From: Blastocatellia bacterium
GTDB taxonomy: Bacteria; Acidobacteriota; Blastocatellia; UBA7656
Assembly (NCBI GenBank): GCA_045807765.1
Contig: JBJMGU010000120.1
Coordinates: 778-64,777, forward strand
Direction of reading: 5' to 3'
DNA: 64,000 nucleotides
This document shows, one piece after another, positions 46,029 through 52,897 of this stretch. The position numbers and the translations under genes were made by a program. Numbering within the stretch: position 1 is the stretch's first letter; the number at the start of each line of letters is the position of its first letter. The notes under the pieces are model-generated. The model saw only the letters and a program-made list of their open reading frames with translations. It was not told the DNA's origin and made no database searches.

Positions 46029-46103
46029 TGCTCCCGGCAGGACTCGAACCCGCATCGCCAACCTTAGAAGGGTTGTGCCTTAATCCAGTTAGACCACAGG
46101 AGC
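46029..46103 (-). tRNA. tRNA-Arg(UCU)
   Basis: Acceptor GCTCCTG/CGGGAGC, anticodon stem CAACC/GGTTG, loop CTTCTAA, T-loop TTCGAGT. Confidence 0.8.
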
Positions 46104-46108
46104 AAAAG

Positions 46109-46182
46109 CGAGGTGTAGGGGAGTCGAACCCCTCTCTTCACGATAGACAATCGTGCGCCTCAAGCCGCTCGGCCAACACCTC
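46109..46182 (-). tRNA. tRNA-Asp(GUC)
   Basis: Acceptor GAGGTGT/ACACCTC, G73, anticodon stem CACGA/TCGTG, loop TTGTCTA (pyrimidine at 37). D arm TGGCCGAGCGGCTTGAGGC. Confidence 0.7.
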
Positions 46183-46186
46183 GAAA

Positions 46187-46259
46187 TGCCGATGTCAGGA
46201 TTCGAACCTGCATCGCGCGGTTATCAACCGCGTGCTCTGCCTGCTTGAGCTACATCGGC
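46187..46259 (-). tRNA. tRNA-Ile(GAU)
   Basis: Acceptor GCCGATG/CATCGGC, anticodon stem CGCGG/CCGCG, loop TTGATAA. D arm GCTCAAGCAGGCAGAGC is identical to that of Gln(UUG). Confidence 0.75.
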
Positions 46260-46260
46260 A

Positions 46261-46337
46261 TGGCTCCGGGACAAGGATTTGAACCTTGAATCTCCTGAGT
46301 CAGAGTCAGGCGCGATAGCCAGTTTCGCCCTCCCGGA
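46261..46337 (-). tRNA. tRNA-Gln(CUG), CCA encoded
   Basis: Acceptor TCCGGGA/TCCCGGA (U1-A72), G73-CCA, anticodon loop CTCTGAC, T arm CAAGG-TTCAAAT-CCTTG. Position 8 is G. Confidence 0.75.
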
Positions 46338-46342
46338 ACACG

Positions 46343-46417
46343 TACGGGCGGTTGGAGTCGAACCAACGATCTCCTGATCCACAATCAGGCGCTCTTGACC
46401 ATCTGAGCTACGCCCGC
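46343..46417 (-). tRNA. tRNA-His(GUG), without encoded G-1:C73
   Basis: Acceptor GCGGGCG/CGCCCGT, anticodon loop TTGTGGA, T arm GTTGG-TTCGACT-CCAAC. Position 73 is A and the base 5' of G1 is U. Confidence 0.75.
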
Positions 46418-46422
46418 ACAAG

Positions 46423-46495
46423 CAGGGATGGCGAGACTCGAACTCGCTAAAACTGGTTTGAAAAACCAGGCGCTCGGCCCTTTGCATTCATCCCC
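46423..46495 (-). tRNA. tRNA-Glu(UUC)
   Basis: Acceptor GGGGATG/CATCCCT, G73, anticodon stem CTGGT/ACCAG, loop TTTTCAA. The D loop contains AGGGCC as in Glu tRNAs. Position 8 is A. Confidence 0.75.
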
Positions 46496-46515
46496 ATTAA
46501 AGCCAAAGATCACCA

Positions 46516-46589
46516 TGCGCGAGGGGAGAGTCGAACTCCCAAGACTTCGGGTTTAAGCCGAAGATGTCTGCCGCTTGCATCACTCGCGC
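46516..46589 (-). tRNA. tRNA with Leu anticodon UAA but class I (short variable loop) architecture
   Basis: Acceptor GCGCGAG/CTCGCGC, A73, anticodon stem TTCGG/CCGAA, loop CTTAAAC, 5-nt variable loop. D arm TGATGCAAGCGGCAGACATC. Confidence 0.7.
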
Positions 46590-46594
46590 AAGAT

Positions 46595-46670
46595 TGGTGG
46601 CAGGGCCGGAGTCGCACCGGTGATTTCCTGGTTATGAGCCAGGCGAGCCTGATTCCTGCTCCACCCCTGC
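46595..46670 (-). tRNA. tRNA-Met(CAU)-like, CCA encoded, irregular T arm/acceptor register
   Basis: D arm GAGC/GCTC, anticodon stem CCTGG/CCAGG, loop CTCATAA. T-loop TGCGACT (G at 55). The acceptor pairs only as GCAGGG/CCCTGC, consistent with a 1-nt loss. Confidence 0.55.
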
Positions 46671-46675
46671 ATCAG

Positions 46676-46748
46676 AGCGCGCGGTCAGACTCGAACTGAC
46701 ACGTTAGCGGTTTTGCAGACCGCCGCCTTCCCTTTTGGCTACGCGCGC
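46676..46748 (-). tRNA. tRNA-Cys(GCA)
   Basis: Acceptor GCGCGCG/CGCGCGC, U73, anticodon stem GCGGT/ACCGC, loop CTGCAAA, T arm GTCAG-TTCGAGT-CTGAC. Confidence 0.8.
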
Positions 46749-46754
46749 GAAAAG

Positions 46755-46825
46755 AGCTTCGTATGGGACTCGAACCCATGTCTGCGACCTGGCAAGCCGC
46801 CGTCTTTCCTCTGGACCAACGAAGC
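46755..46825 (-). tRNA. tRNA-Gly(GCC)
   Basis: Acceptor GCTTCGT/ACGAAGC, U73, anticodon loop TTGCCAG, T arm ATGGG-TTCGAGT-CCCAT. Confidence 0.8.
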
Positions 46826-46829
46826 CGTA

Positions 46830-46903
46830 TGGGAGCAAAGAGATTCGAACTCTTATGACCGGCATTTTGAGCGCCGGATGTCTACCACTTGCATCATGCT
46901 CCC
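46830..46903 (-). tRNA. tRNA with Leu anticodon CAA, class I architecture
   Basis: Acceptor GGGAGCA/TGCTCCC, A73, anticodon loop CTCAAAA, 5-nt variable loop. D arm TGATGCAAGTGGTAGACATC. Confidence 0.7.
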
Positions 46904-46907
46904 GCAG

Positions 46908-46981
46908 TGCGGACGGAGAGATTCGAACTCTCAAAACGTCGCCTCTGAAACGACGATGTCTGCCGCTTGCATCACGTCCGC
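46908..46981 (-). tRNA. tRNA with Leu anticodon CAG, class I architecture
   Basis: Acceptor GCGGACG/CGTCCGC, A73, anticodon loop TTCAGAG, 5-nt variable loop. D arm TGATGCAAGCGGCAGACATC. Confidence 0.7.
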
Positions 46982-47077
46982 AGCAGTGTGGGCGACCGGA
47001 GTCGAACCCACAACGGATTGGTTACCGCTACTTGTTTTCAAGACAAGCTGACATTCCAGCATCTACTCTTCCACGAA
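46982..47077 (-). pseudogene. Degenerate class II tRNA-Ser(UGA)-like unit
   Basis: Good anticodon arm CTTGT-CTTGAAA-ACAAG and variable arm AGCGG/CCGTT. The T region reads GTGGG-TTCGACT-CCGGTCG-CCCAC (7 extra nt). The 5' GGAAGAG has no complementary 3' strand. Confidence 0.45.
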
Positions 47078-47161
47078 CGGAGATGAGAGGAGTCGAACCT
47101 CCACGGGATATTTCACCCGGCGGCTTAGCAAACCGCTGCCATACCTTTAGGCGACATCTCC
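47078..47161 (-). tRNA. tRNA-Ser(GCU), class II
   Basis: Acceptor GGAGATG/CATCTCC, G73, anticodon loop TTGCTAA, long variable arm CGGGTGAAATATCCCGT, T arm GGAGG-TTCGACT-CCTCT. Confidence 0.8.
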
Positions 47162-47167
47162 ACAAGG

Positions 47168-47237
47168 CAGGAGTGACAGGAATCGAACCTGTTCTGCTGG
47201 TTTTGGAGACCAGTTGGCTGCCTTAGCTCTCACTCCC
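47168..47237 (-). tRNA. tRNA-Trp(CCA), irregular D region
   Basis: Acceptor GGGAGTG/CACTCCT (G1-U72), G73, anticodon stem CTGGT/ACCAG, loop CTCCAAA, T arm ACAGG-TTCGATT-CCTGT. The D stem is only 3 bp (GCT/AGC) with extra linker nucleotides. Confidence 0.65.
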
Positions 47238-47242
47238 AAGCA

Positions 47243-47328
47243 TGCCGGCGGGAGGACTCGAACCTCCGAAGTCCACAAAGGGACGCCTGTTCTACAGACA
47301 GGAGCGATTGCCGCTACGCGACGCCGGC
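47243..47328 (-). tRNA. tRNA-Tyr(GUA), class II (first gene of array)
   Basis: Acceptor GCCGGCG/CGCCGGC, A73, anticodon stem CCTGT/ACAGG, loop CTGTAGA, long variable arm with GTCC/GGAC stem, T arm GGAGG-TTCGAGT-CCTCC. Confidence 0.8.
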
Positions 47329-47880
47329 GTACGGACAACTTATTGTCAAAGAGCGCAGCATGGCGGCTTCAGCCATCGGCCATCGCTCCTTGATCTCTAG
47401 CTTTTGTGGATTGCTTGGGATTTCGGGAGCGAGAGGACGCTCCCGCTACGATTAGTTCAGACTACCCAAATCTATAAAGCGCCCTTGCAGGACGACCGTC
47501 GATTCGAGCATCCGATTAGACGTATAGACACACGTCGGCTGGTTCGCCGTGCGTGGGTGCCATTTTGTGGATAACCGTCTAATCATTTGAACTACCTTAA
47601 CCTCGTAGCCAGTTTGCCGGAAGCTAAATCCGGCACCGCTCATTGTAGGCCATACGGCAGACCAGATCAATAAGTTCTTCTCACTTCACTTTTTTTTCGT
47701 TTGCGACTGCCAATCCCAGCGCGATGCCGATCAACGCCATGCGAATCCCCTGTTGCACTACCAGAGTCCGACCCGTCGGCTCAACTTTGCAAGCCGGTCG
47801 GACGCGTAGTAAATTGTTGTCGTCTTGCGGCCCCGAAAGTTGACCGTCTTTTAAATTCATTTGTGAAGGAAAAACGCGTT

Positions 47881-48912
47881 ATGAATCTCTGCCACCAACA
47901 CCGTCTTTTCATACTTACGGTTGCGCTATTCATCTTTTCATTCCCCGCCCTTGCCGCGCAGACCAAGAGCAAGCCGCCCGCGAACACCAATGCCGCCAGA
48001 TCACAGTCGAAGCCCGCTGCAAAGCCGAAGCGCGAAACGGCGGAAGCGAAGCGCGAGGCGGCTGAGGCAAAAGCCAAAGCGGCGCGCGCCGGCGTAACCC
48101 TGTTCGTCGTGGCGCAAGACCGCGGCGGCAGCCACATCGAGCCGCTCGTCGGCATCATCGAAGGGCGTTACCTTGAGCCGCCCTCTGCCGAGTCTGAACA
48201 ATTCTCGGCCTTCGCGGCGCGCTACTATCACGTCGGCCAGAGATACCGCCTGCTGTTCGGTGGCGGCGATGCCGGCACGGCAACCGTCAGGGCCAAGCCT
48301 GATAAAGACAGCGACTGCGCTCGCGCCCTGGCCAGCGTCGAGTTGCAGACCGCCGCACGCATCAACGGCCTGGTGATGGGGCTGGCGACAAACTCAGAAA
48401 CGCTGGGCCGGCGCGCCGCAACGCGCCGTTTCCCTACCCCTGCCGAGCGCACGGCGGCCAATGATCTGGCCGGGCGCATCTTTCGCCAGAAGGGCGCTGC
48501 CGCCGCCGCCGTGCAAGACATGAAGACGATTAACATGACGGCGGCCGACCTGAACGGCGACGGCAAGTGGGAGATCATTGCCAGCTTCATCGTCCGCACG
48601 CAATCGCGCAATGAAGCCGTCCATCATCTCTTTCTCATTGCCGCGCCTGACGCCGATGGCTTTGACATAGACCTGATGCGCTATGCCCGCACGGCGAAAG
48701 GCGACCTGCCCGAAGGCGCCAGCCTCGACGATGTGCAGGAAGCGTTATTGAGCGAAGTGCTGGTTGATCACGTTGATCTGGATAGCGATAAGATGAGCGA
48801 AGTCGTCACCATGACGACCAACTTCGAGGGCGCGACCTACAAGATTTATCACAAGCAGAAGAATCGCTGGGCGAACATCTACGAATACTACAGCTACCGC
48901 TGTGCCTATTGA
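47881..48912 (+). CDS. Secreted hypothetical protein with Lys/Ala-rich linker and FG-GAP-like motif
   Basis: The probable start MNLCHQHRLFILTVALFIFSFPALAAQ is a signal peptide. AKPKRETAEAKREAAEAKAKAA low-complexity segment. DLNGDGKWEIIA motif. Confidence 0.5.
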   Translation: MNLCHQHRLFILTVALFIFSFPALAAQTKSKPPANTNAARSQSKPAAKPKRETAEAKREAAEAKAKAARAGVTLFVVAQDRGGSHIEPLVGIIEGRYLEPPSAESEQFSAFAARYYHVGQRYRLLFGGGDAGTATVRAKPDKDSDCARALASVELQTAARINGLVMGLATNSETLGRRAATRRFPTPAERTAANDLAGRIFRQKGAAAAAVQDMKTINMTAADLNGDGKWEIIASFIVRTQSRNEAVHHLFLIAAPDADGFDIDLMRYARTAKGDLPEGASLDDVQEALLSEVLVDHVDLDSDKMSEVVTMTTNFEGATYKIYHKQKNRWANIYEYYSYRCAY

Positions 48913-48954
48913 TCCAGCGGCATGGACACAATCGCCAGCCAGAAAACGGGCGGC

Positions 48955-50649
48955 TCAAATATCAAAGCCGCCGAGGCGTCCGCCGCTCTTGGGCTGCGGC
49001 TTGACCAGCACGGCGCGCTCCTCGTCGCGGCGTGCGCGGCTCTGCTCGCTGTGCCAGCGCGCCCACTCCAGCGGCGCATCGATGGTTTCGCCGCCGTGGC
49101 GCGTCAGCCGCTTGCGCACCTGACACATCACCGGCGTATTGATCGCCACGCCTGACACGATCAACTGCCCCTTGGTCAGCGCCGGCAATTCATCAAGCAT
49201 GCGTCGGCCTGCGCCTTCGACCGTTTTAGCAATGGTGTCCTGATCTATTGGGTTGACGATGCGCATGATGAACTGCGTCATGCATTGCGACAGCACATCG
49301 GCGTCGAGCTTGCCCGGTCGCTGAGTAATCAGGCCGACGCCGACGCCGAATTTGCGCCCTTCGGAAAGAATCTGCTTTAACACATTCGTAGACACGACCG
49401 TTTGTCCGGCGGGCGCGAAGCGGTGCGCTTCTTCGAGCAGAACGAACATCGGGAACGGCAGGTATCGCTCGTTGGTTGGGTCGGTGACTTCGCCCTTATG
49501 CGTCGCCATGCGGCCCAGGATCGCCCGCCGCAAAAGCGTCGCGACGATTACCTGCTGCTCGTTCTGCTCGATGTCTACGAGTTGCAGCACGGTACATTGA
49601 CCGGGCTGAAACAGCTCGGTGAGCAGGTTATGTTCGTGGTCGGAAAAAATCTGATGCTTGCTGTAGCCGCGAAAGCGCCCTTCGAGCCGCCACGTCAGCC
49701 CGTCAATCGTGCTGATGTTGCCGGCGCGGTTGCCTTCGTCGTCGCCATAACGCTGCTCTTCGACGGCGTCGAGCAAGTCCTGATAGATGTAGTGGCCGTG
49801 CTTGCCGGCGCGCTCGCGCATGGTGCGAAAGGCGTTGCCGAGAAAGTGGCGCATCTTGTCGGTCATCTCCGGCAGCAGGTAGCAGATGTCGGCGAACTCC
49901 AAGGTGTCGAATCTGACTTTCACCTTTTCGGGCCGCAGAATCTTAACCTCCGGCGTATAGCCGTCGGCGGTGAATTGAGTGCGAAACTTTTCGCCTTTGA
50001 TCTCCTGTAACGTATCATACTCGCCGTGCGGGTCAACGATCAGCACCGCCGAGCGGTTCTGTGGGCGCATCAGCTCTTCGATCAGCACAGACGCCGTGTA
50101 GCTTTTGCCCGCGCCGGTCGAAGCCAGCACCGCCAGATGTGTCGATACGACATCCTTCACAGACAGGACCACCGGGACGTCGCCGGCTTCGCGGGTCAGC
50201 AGACTGCCGACGTGCGCCGCGCCACGCTCGCCCGGCTGCTTCGGCGACAACACGCGCGCCAACAATTCAGAGGGCGCAAGGTAGACAGGTTGGCCGGGCA
50301 TTGGCGGGATGCGCGGGTTGACGAAGTCTTTCAGCTCGTCGTCATAGTAACCAATCAACGAGACAACGATCTCGAACAGCTCGGCGCTGTCGTCGTCAAA
50401 GCCGATCATCGCGGCGACCGCCGCCGGCGGCGTTTCGGGATCGGCAAGAAAGCTGTCCGGCAGCGAGCGCGCCAGCCGTCGCTCGGTGACATTGCCAAGA
50501 ATGCGGCGCTCGCTGCGGGCCGCATCGCGCACGTAGTAGACGAACTCGCCGACGCGCGTGTGGTCGTTGTCTGTGGTGATGAAGACAAACTCGCTGGGCT
50601 TTTCGCCCGGCCCCTTGACTGTGCCTACCAGTGTGTCGGACATTTCCAT
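48955..50649 (-). CDS. HerA-like (DUF87) hexameric ATPase/helicase
   Basis: N-terminal HAS-barrel-like GTVKG...EFVFITTDNDHTRVGEFVYYV. Walker A VLASTGAGKSYT. Walker B MFVLLEEAHRFAP. Confidence 0.75.
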   Translation of the reverse strand: MEMSDTLVGTVKGPGEKPSEFVFITTDNDHTRVGEFVYYVRDAARSERRILGNVTERRLARSLPDSFLADPETPPAAVAAMIGFDDDSAELFEIVVSLIGYYDDELKDFVNPRIPPMPGQPVYLAPSELLARVLSPKQPGERGAAHVGSLLTREAGDVPVVLSVKDVVSTHLAVLASTGAGKSYTASVLIEELMRPQNRSAVLIVDPHGEYDTLQEIKGEKFRTQFTADGYTPEVKILRPEKVKVRFDTLEFADICYLLPEMTDKMRHFLGNAFRTMRERAGKHGHYIYQDLLDAVEEQRYGDDEGNRAGNISTIDGLTWRLEGRFRGYSKHQIFSDHEHNLLTELFQPGQCTVLQLVDIEQNEQQVIVATLLRRAILGRMATHKGEVTDPTNERYLPFPMFVLLEEAHRFAPAGQTVVSTNVLKQILSEGRKFGVGVGLITQRPGKLDADVLSQCMTQFIMRIVNPIDQDTIAKTVEGAGRRMLDELPALTKGQLIVSGVAINTPVMCQVRKRLTRHGGETIDAPLEWARWHSEQSRARRDEERAVLVKPQPKSGGRLGGFDI

Positions 50650-50733
50650 CTGCCTTTGCCGGTGTTTTATTGTGACCTATGAAGGACGCGTCGTGACTAT
50701 AACACATGGCGAATGCGCCGTGTAACTGCAACG

Positions 50734-52017
50734 ATGAGCAATGAACTTCTGATTACCAACGCCGCGCAACTGGTGACAATGGCCGGGCCTGAGCGCCCGC
50801 GCCTGGGCGCGGAGCTGGGCGAGCCGGCAATCATTACAGATGCCGCCCTGCTCGTTCGCGGCGACACCATAGTGGCTGTGGGAGCCAGTTCCGAGGTCGA
50901 AGCCCTGGCCGCTGTCGACGCCATGCGCCTCGACGCCGAAGGGCGAGTGGTCATGCCCGGCTTCGTTGACGCGCACACCCATCCGGTCTTTGCCGGCACA
51001 CGCGAAGACGAATACGAGATGCGCGCCGCCGGTCTCACCTATCAAGAGATCGCCGCGCGTGGCGGCGGCATTCGCGCCACCGTGCGACGGACGCGCGCCG
51101 CAAGCGAAGATGAACTCTTTGACATGGCGCTGCCGCGCGTCCGCTGGTTGCTTGAGCATGGTACGACGACCGTTGAAGCCAAAAGCGGTTACGGCTTGAC
51201 GCTCGAAGACGAGTTAAAAATCCTGCGGGTCATCCGCCGCTTGAATCAAGAGACGCCGCTCACCCTGGTCCCGACTTTCCTCGGCGCGCACGAAATTCCT
51301 GACGAGTATCGCGGCGCGGCAGAGGGCTCGCGGCGCGCTGATTATCTCCGCCTGTTGATGGACGAGATGCTGCCGCGCGTCGCCTCGGAACGGCTGGCGC
51401 GCTTTGCCGACATCTTCTGCGAATCGCATGTCTTCACGGTCGCCGAATCGCGGCACATCTTATCGCGGGCCAAACAACTGGGGCTTGGCCTGCGCCTGCA
51501 CGCCGAGCAATTGACGCTTTCGGGCGGCGGGCGGCTGGCGGCAGAGCTTGGCGCCGTGACCGCCGACCACCTGGAATGGATCGATGATAACGGCATCCGT
51601 TTGCTTGCCTCTGCAAATGTCACGGCAGTGTTGCTGCCGGGAGCGGTCTTCAATCTTGGGCTGACGCGCTATGCGCCGGCGCGGCGAATGATCGAAGCCG
51701 GCGTAGCCGTCGCCATCGCGACAGATTTTAATCCCGGCAGCTCGCCGACCGCTTCGATGCAGATGGCGCTTTCAATCGCCTGCACGCAGATGCACATGAC
51801 GCCTGCGGAAGCCATCTCAGCAGCGACCATCAACCCGGCTTACACGCTCGACCTCGGCCAGCGCGTTGGCTCGCTCGAAATCGGCAAGCAGGCGGACGTG
51901 GTTGTTTTCGAGGTTCCCGATTATCGGCAGATTCCCTACTTTTTCGGCATGAATCACGCGTTGGTGACGATCAAAGCAGGCCGCGTCGTGAGCGACCGCC
52001 GCGACCGCCGCGCTTGA
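50734..52017 (+). CDS. hutI: Imidazolonepropionase
   Basis: PGFVDAHTHPVFAG, KSGYGL, TFLGAHEIP, ADIFCE, LRLHAEQL, ADHLE and ATDFNPGSSP motifs in HutI order. Probable start MSNELLITNAAQL. Confidence 0.85.
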   Translation: MSNELLITNAAQLVTMAGPERPRLGAELGEPAIITDAALLVRGDTIVAVGASSEVEALAAVDAMRLDAEGRVVMPGFVDAHTHPVFAGTREDEYEMRAAGLTYQEIAARGGGIRATVRRTRAASEDELFDMALPRVRWLLEHGTTTVEAKSGYGLTLEDELKILRVIRRLNQETPLTLVPTFLGAHEIPDEYRGAAEGSRRADYLRLLMDEMLPRVASERLARFADIFCESHVFTVAESRHILSRAKQLGLGLRLHAEQLTLSGGGRLAAELGAVTADHLEWIDDNGIRLLASANVTAVLLPGAVFNLGLTRYAPARRMIEAGVAVAIATDFNPGSSPTASMQMALSIACTQMHMTPAEAISAATINPAYTLDLGQRVGSLEIGKQADVVVFEVPDYRQIPYFFGMNHALVTIKAGRVVSDRRDRRA

Positions 52018-52129
52018 AAAAGGGAATTGCGCAAGCCTGCCGCGCTCTGTATAATCCGCCTGCTGCATTGGCCTCTCTCATTCGCAATCAATGTAAAGCA
52101 GCGATTCAGGAATCTAGGAGGAAGCGTTT

Positions 52130-52747
52130 ATGTCATACGGAGGGAATCAACCGCCCGGTGGTTATCCGCCATCAGATTATCCGCCCGGCTATCCGCCGCC
52201 CGGTTACCCGCAGCCCGGCGGCTATCAGCCGGGGAGCTATCAGCCCGGCGGTTATCCGCCAGGCGGTTACGGAGCCATGCCGGCGCCGCCTTATGCCAGC
52301 ATCGGCAAGCGCTTCGGCGCATGGTTTTGTGATGCGCTGATCGGCTTTGTGGCGACCATCCCCGGCTGGGTGGTTTTCGGCATCTCCATCGCCATCGCCG
52401 CCGCTAACACCGACTCGCAAGGCAACGTCCGCGGCAACGAAGCCGGTGCGGTATTCGGCTTGATGTTTCTTGGCTACGGGCTGCTGTTTCTCGGTGTGCT
52501 GGCCGTCGGCATCTACAACATCTATCTGCTCGGCAAGACCGGCTCGACGCTCGGCAAGCGCTGGATGAAGATCAAAGTGCTCGACCCGTCGGGCCAGCCA
52601 CTCGGCTTCTGGAAAGCCTTTGCGCGCGAGCTGGTCAAGGGCCTCATCGGCAACGTCTGCTTCATCCTCTGGCTGTGGCCGCTGTGGGATGAGCAAAAGC
52701 AGGGCCTCTATGACAAAGTCTTCAACACGCACGTCTACGAGTCGTGA
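52130..52747 (+). CDS. RDD-family membrane protein with N-terminal Gly/Tyr/Pro-rich repeats
   Basis: GGYPPSDYPPGYPPPGYPQPGGYQPGSYQPGGYPPGGY low-complexity region, then the RDD-type domain (GKRFGAWFCDALIGFV...GKRWMKIKV...WDEQKQGLYDKV). Confidence 0.75.
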   Translation: MSYGGNQPPGGYPPSDYPPGYPPPGYPQPGGYQPGSYQPGGYPPGGYGAMPAPPYASIGKRFGAWFCDALIGFVATIPGWVVFGISIAIAAANTDSQGNVRGNEAGAVFGLMFLGYGLLFLGVLAVGIYNIYLLGKTGSTLGKRWMKIKVLDPSGQPLGFWKAFARELVKGLIGNVCFILWLWPLWDEQKQGLYDKVFNTHVYES

Positions 52748-52834
52748 TCGGTAATAGAGACTTCAAAGCGCCGGGCGGCGCGCTCGCTGCCGTGCCGCCG
52801 GCGCTATAACGCTCTCCCCCAAAACTCATCACCC

Positions 52835-52866
52835 GGCGCGCCCGCATCGCGCGCCACGATTTTTTG
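52835..52866 (+). terminator. Candidate intrinsic terminator after RDD gene
   Basis: Stem GGCGCGC/GCGCGCC (7 bp), then ACGA and a T6 run. Preceded by a second 12-bp GC hairpin at about 52771-52808. Confidence 0.5.
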
Positions 52867-52897
52867 CTTACCAAGCAATTTCCAACAAGGAGAAGGA

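Noticed and set aside
45061-47338. Track ORFs of 60-160 aa covering the tRNA array on both strands.
   Set aside because: The DNA is fully explained by tRNA cloverleaves. The translations are repetitive (ESNP, RTHR) because they read through T-arms.
47344-47349. A perfect TTGACA (minus strand) just upstream of the first array tRNA, considered as the array promoter.
   Set aside because: It ends only 15 nt before the tRNA 5' end, with no -10-like hexamer at 16-18 nt. The geometry would start transcription inside the tRNA. The real promoter was not identified.
47452-47670. A 72-aa minus-strand ORF in the AT-richer block upstream of the array.
   Set aside because: No RBS, odd composition, and overlap with inverted repeats. 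It is more likely non-coding, and is treated as part of a structured leader.
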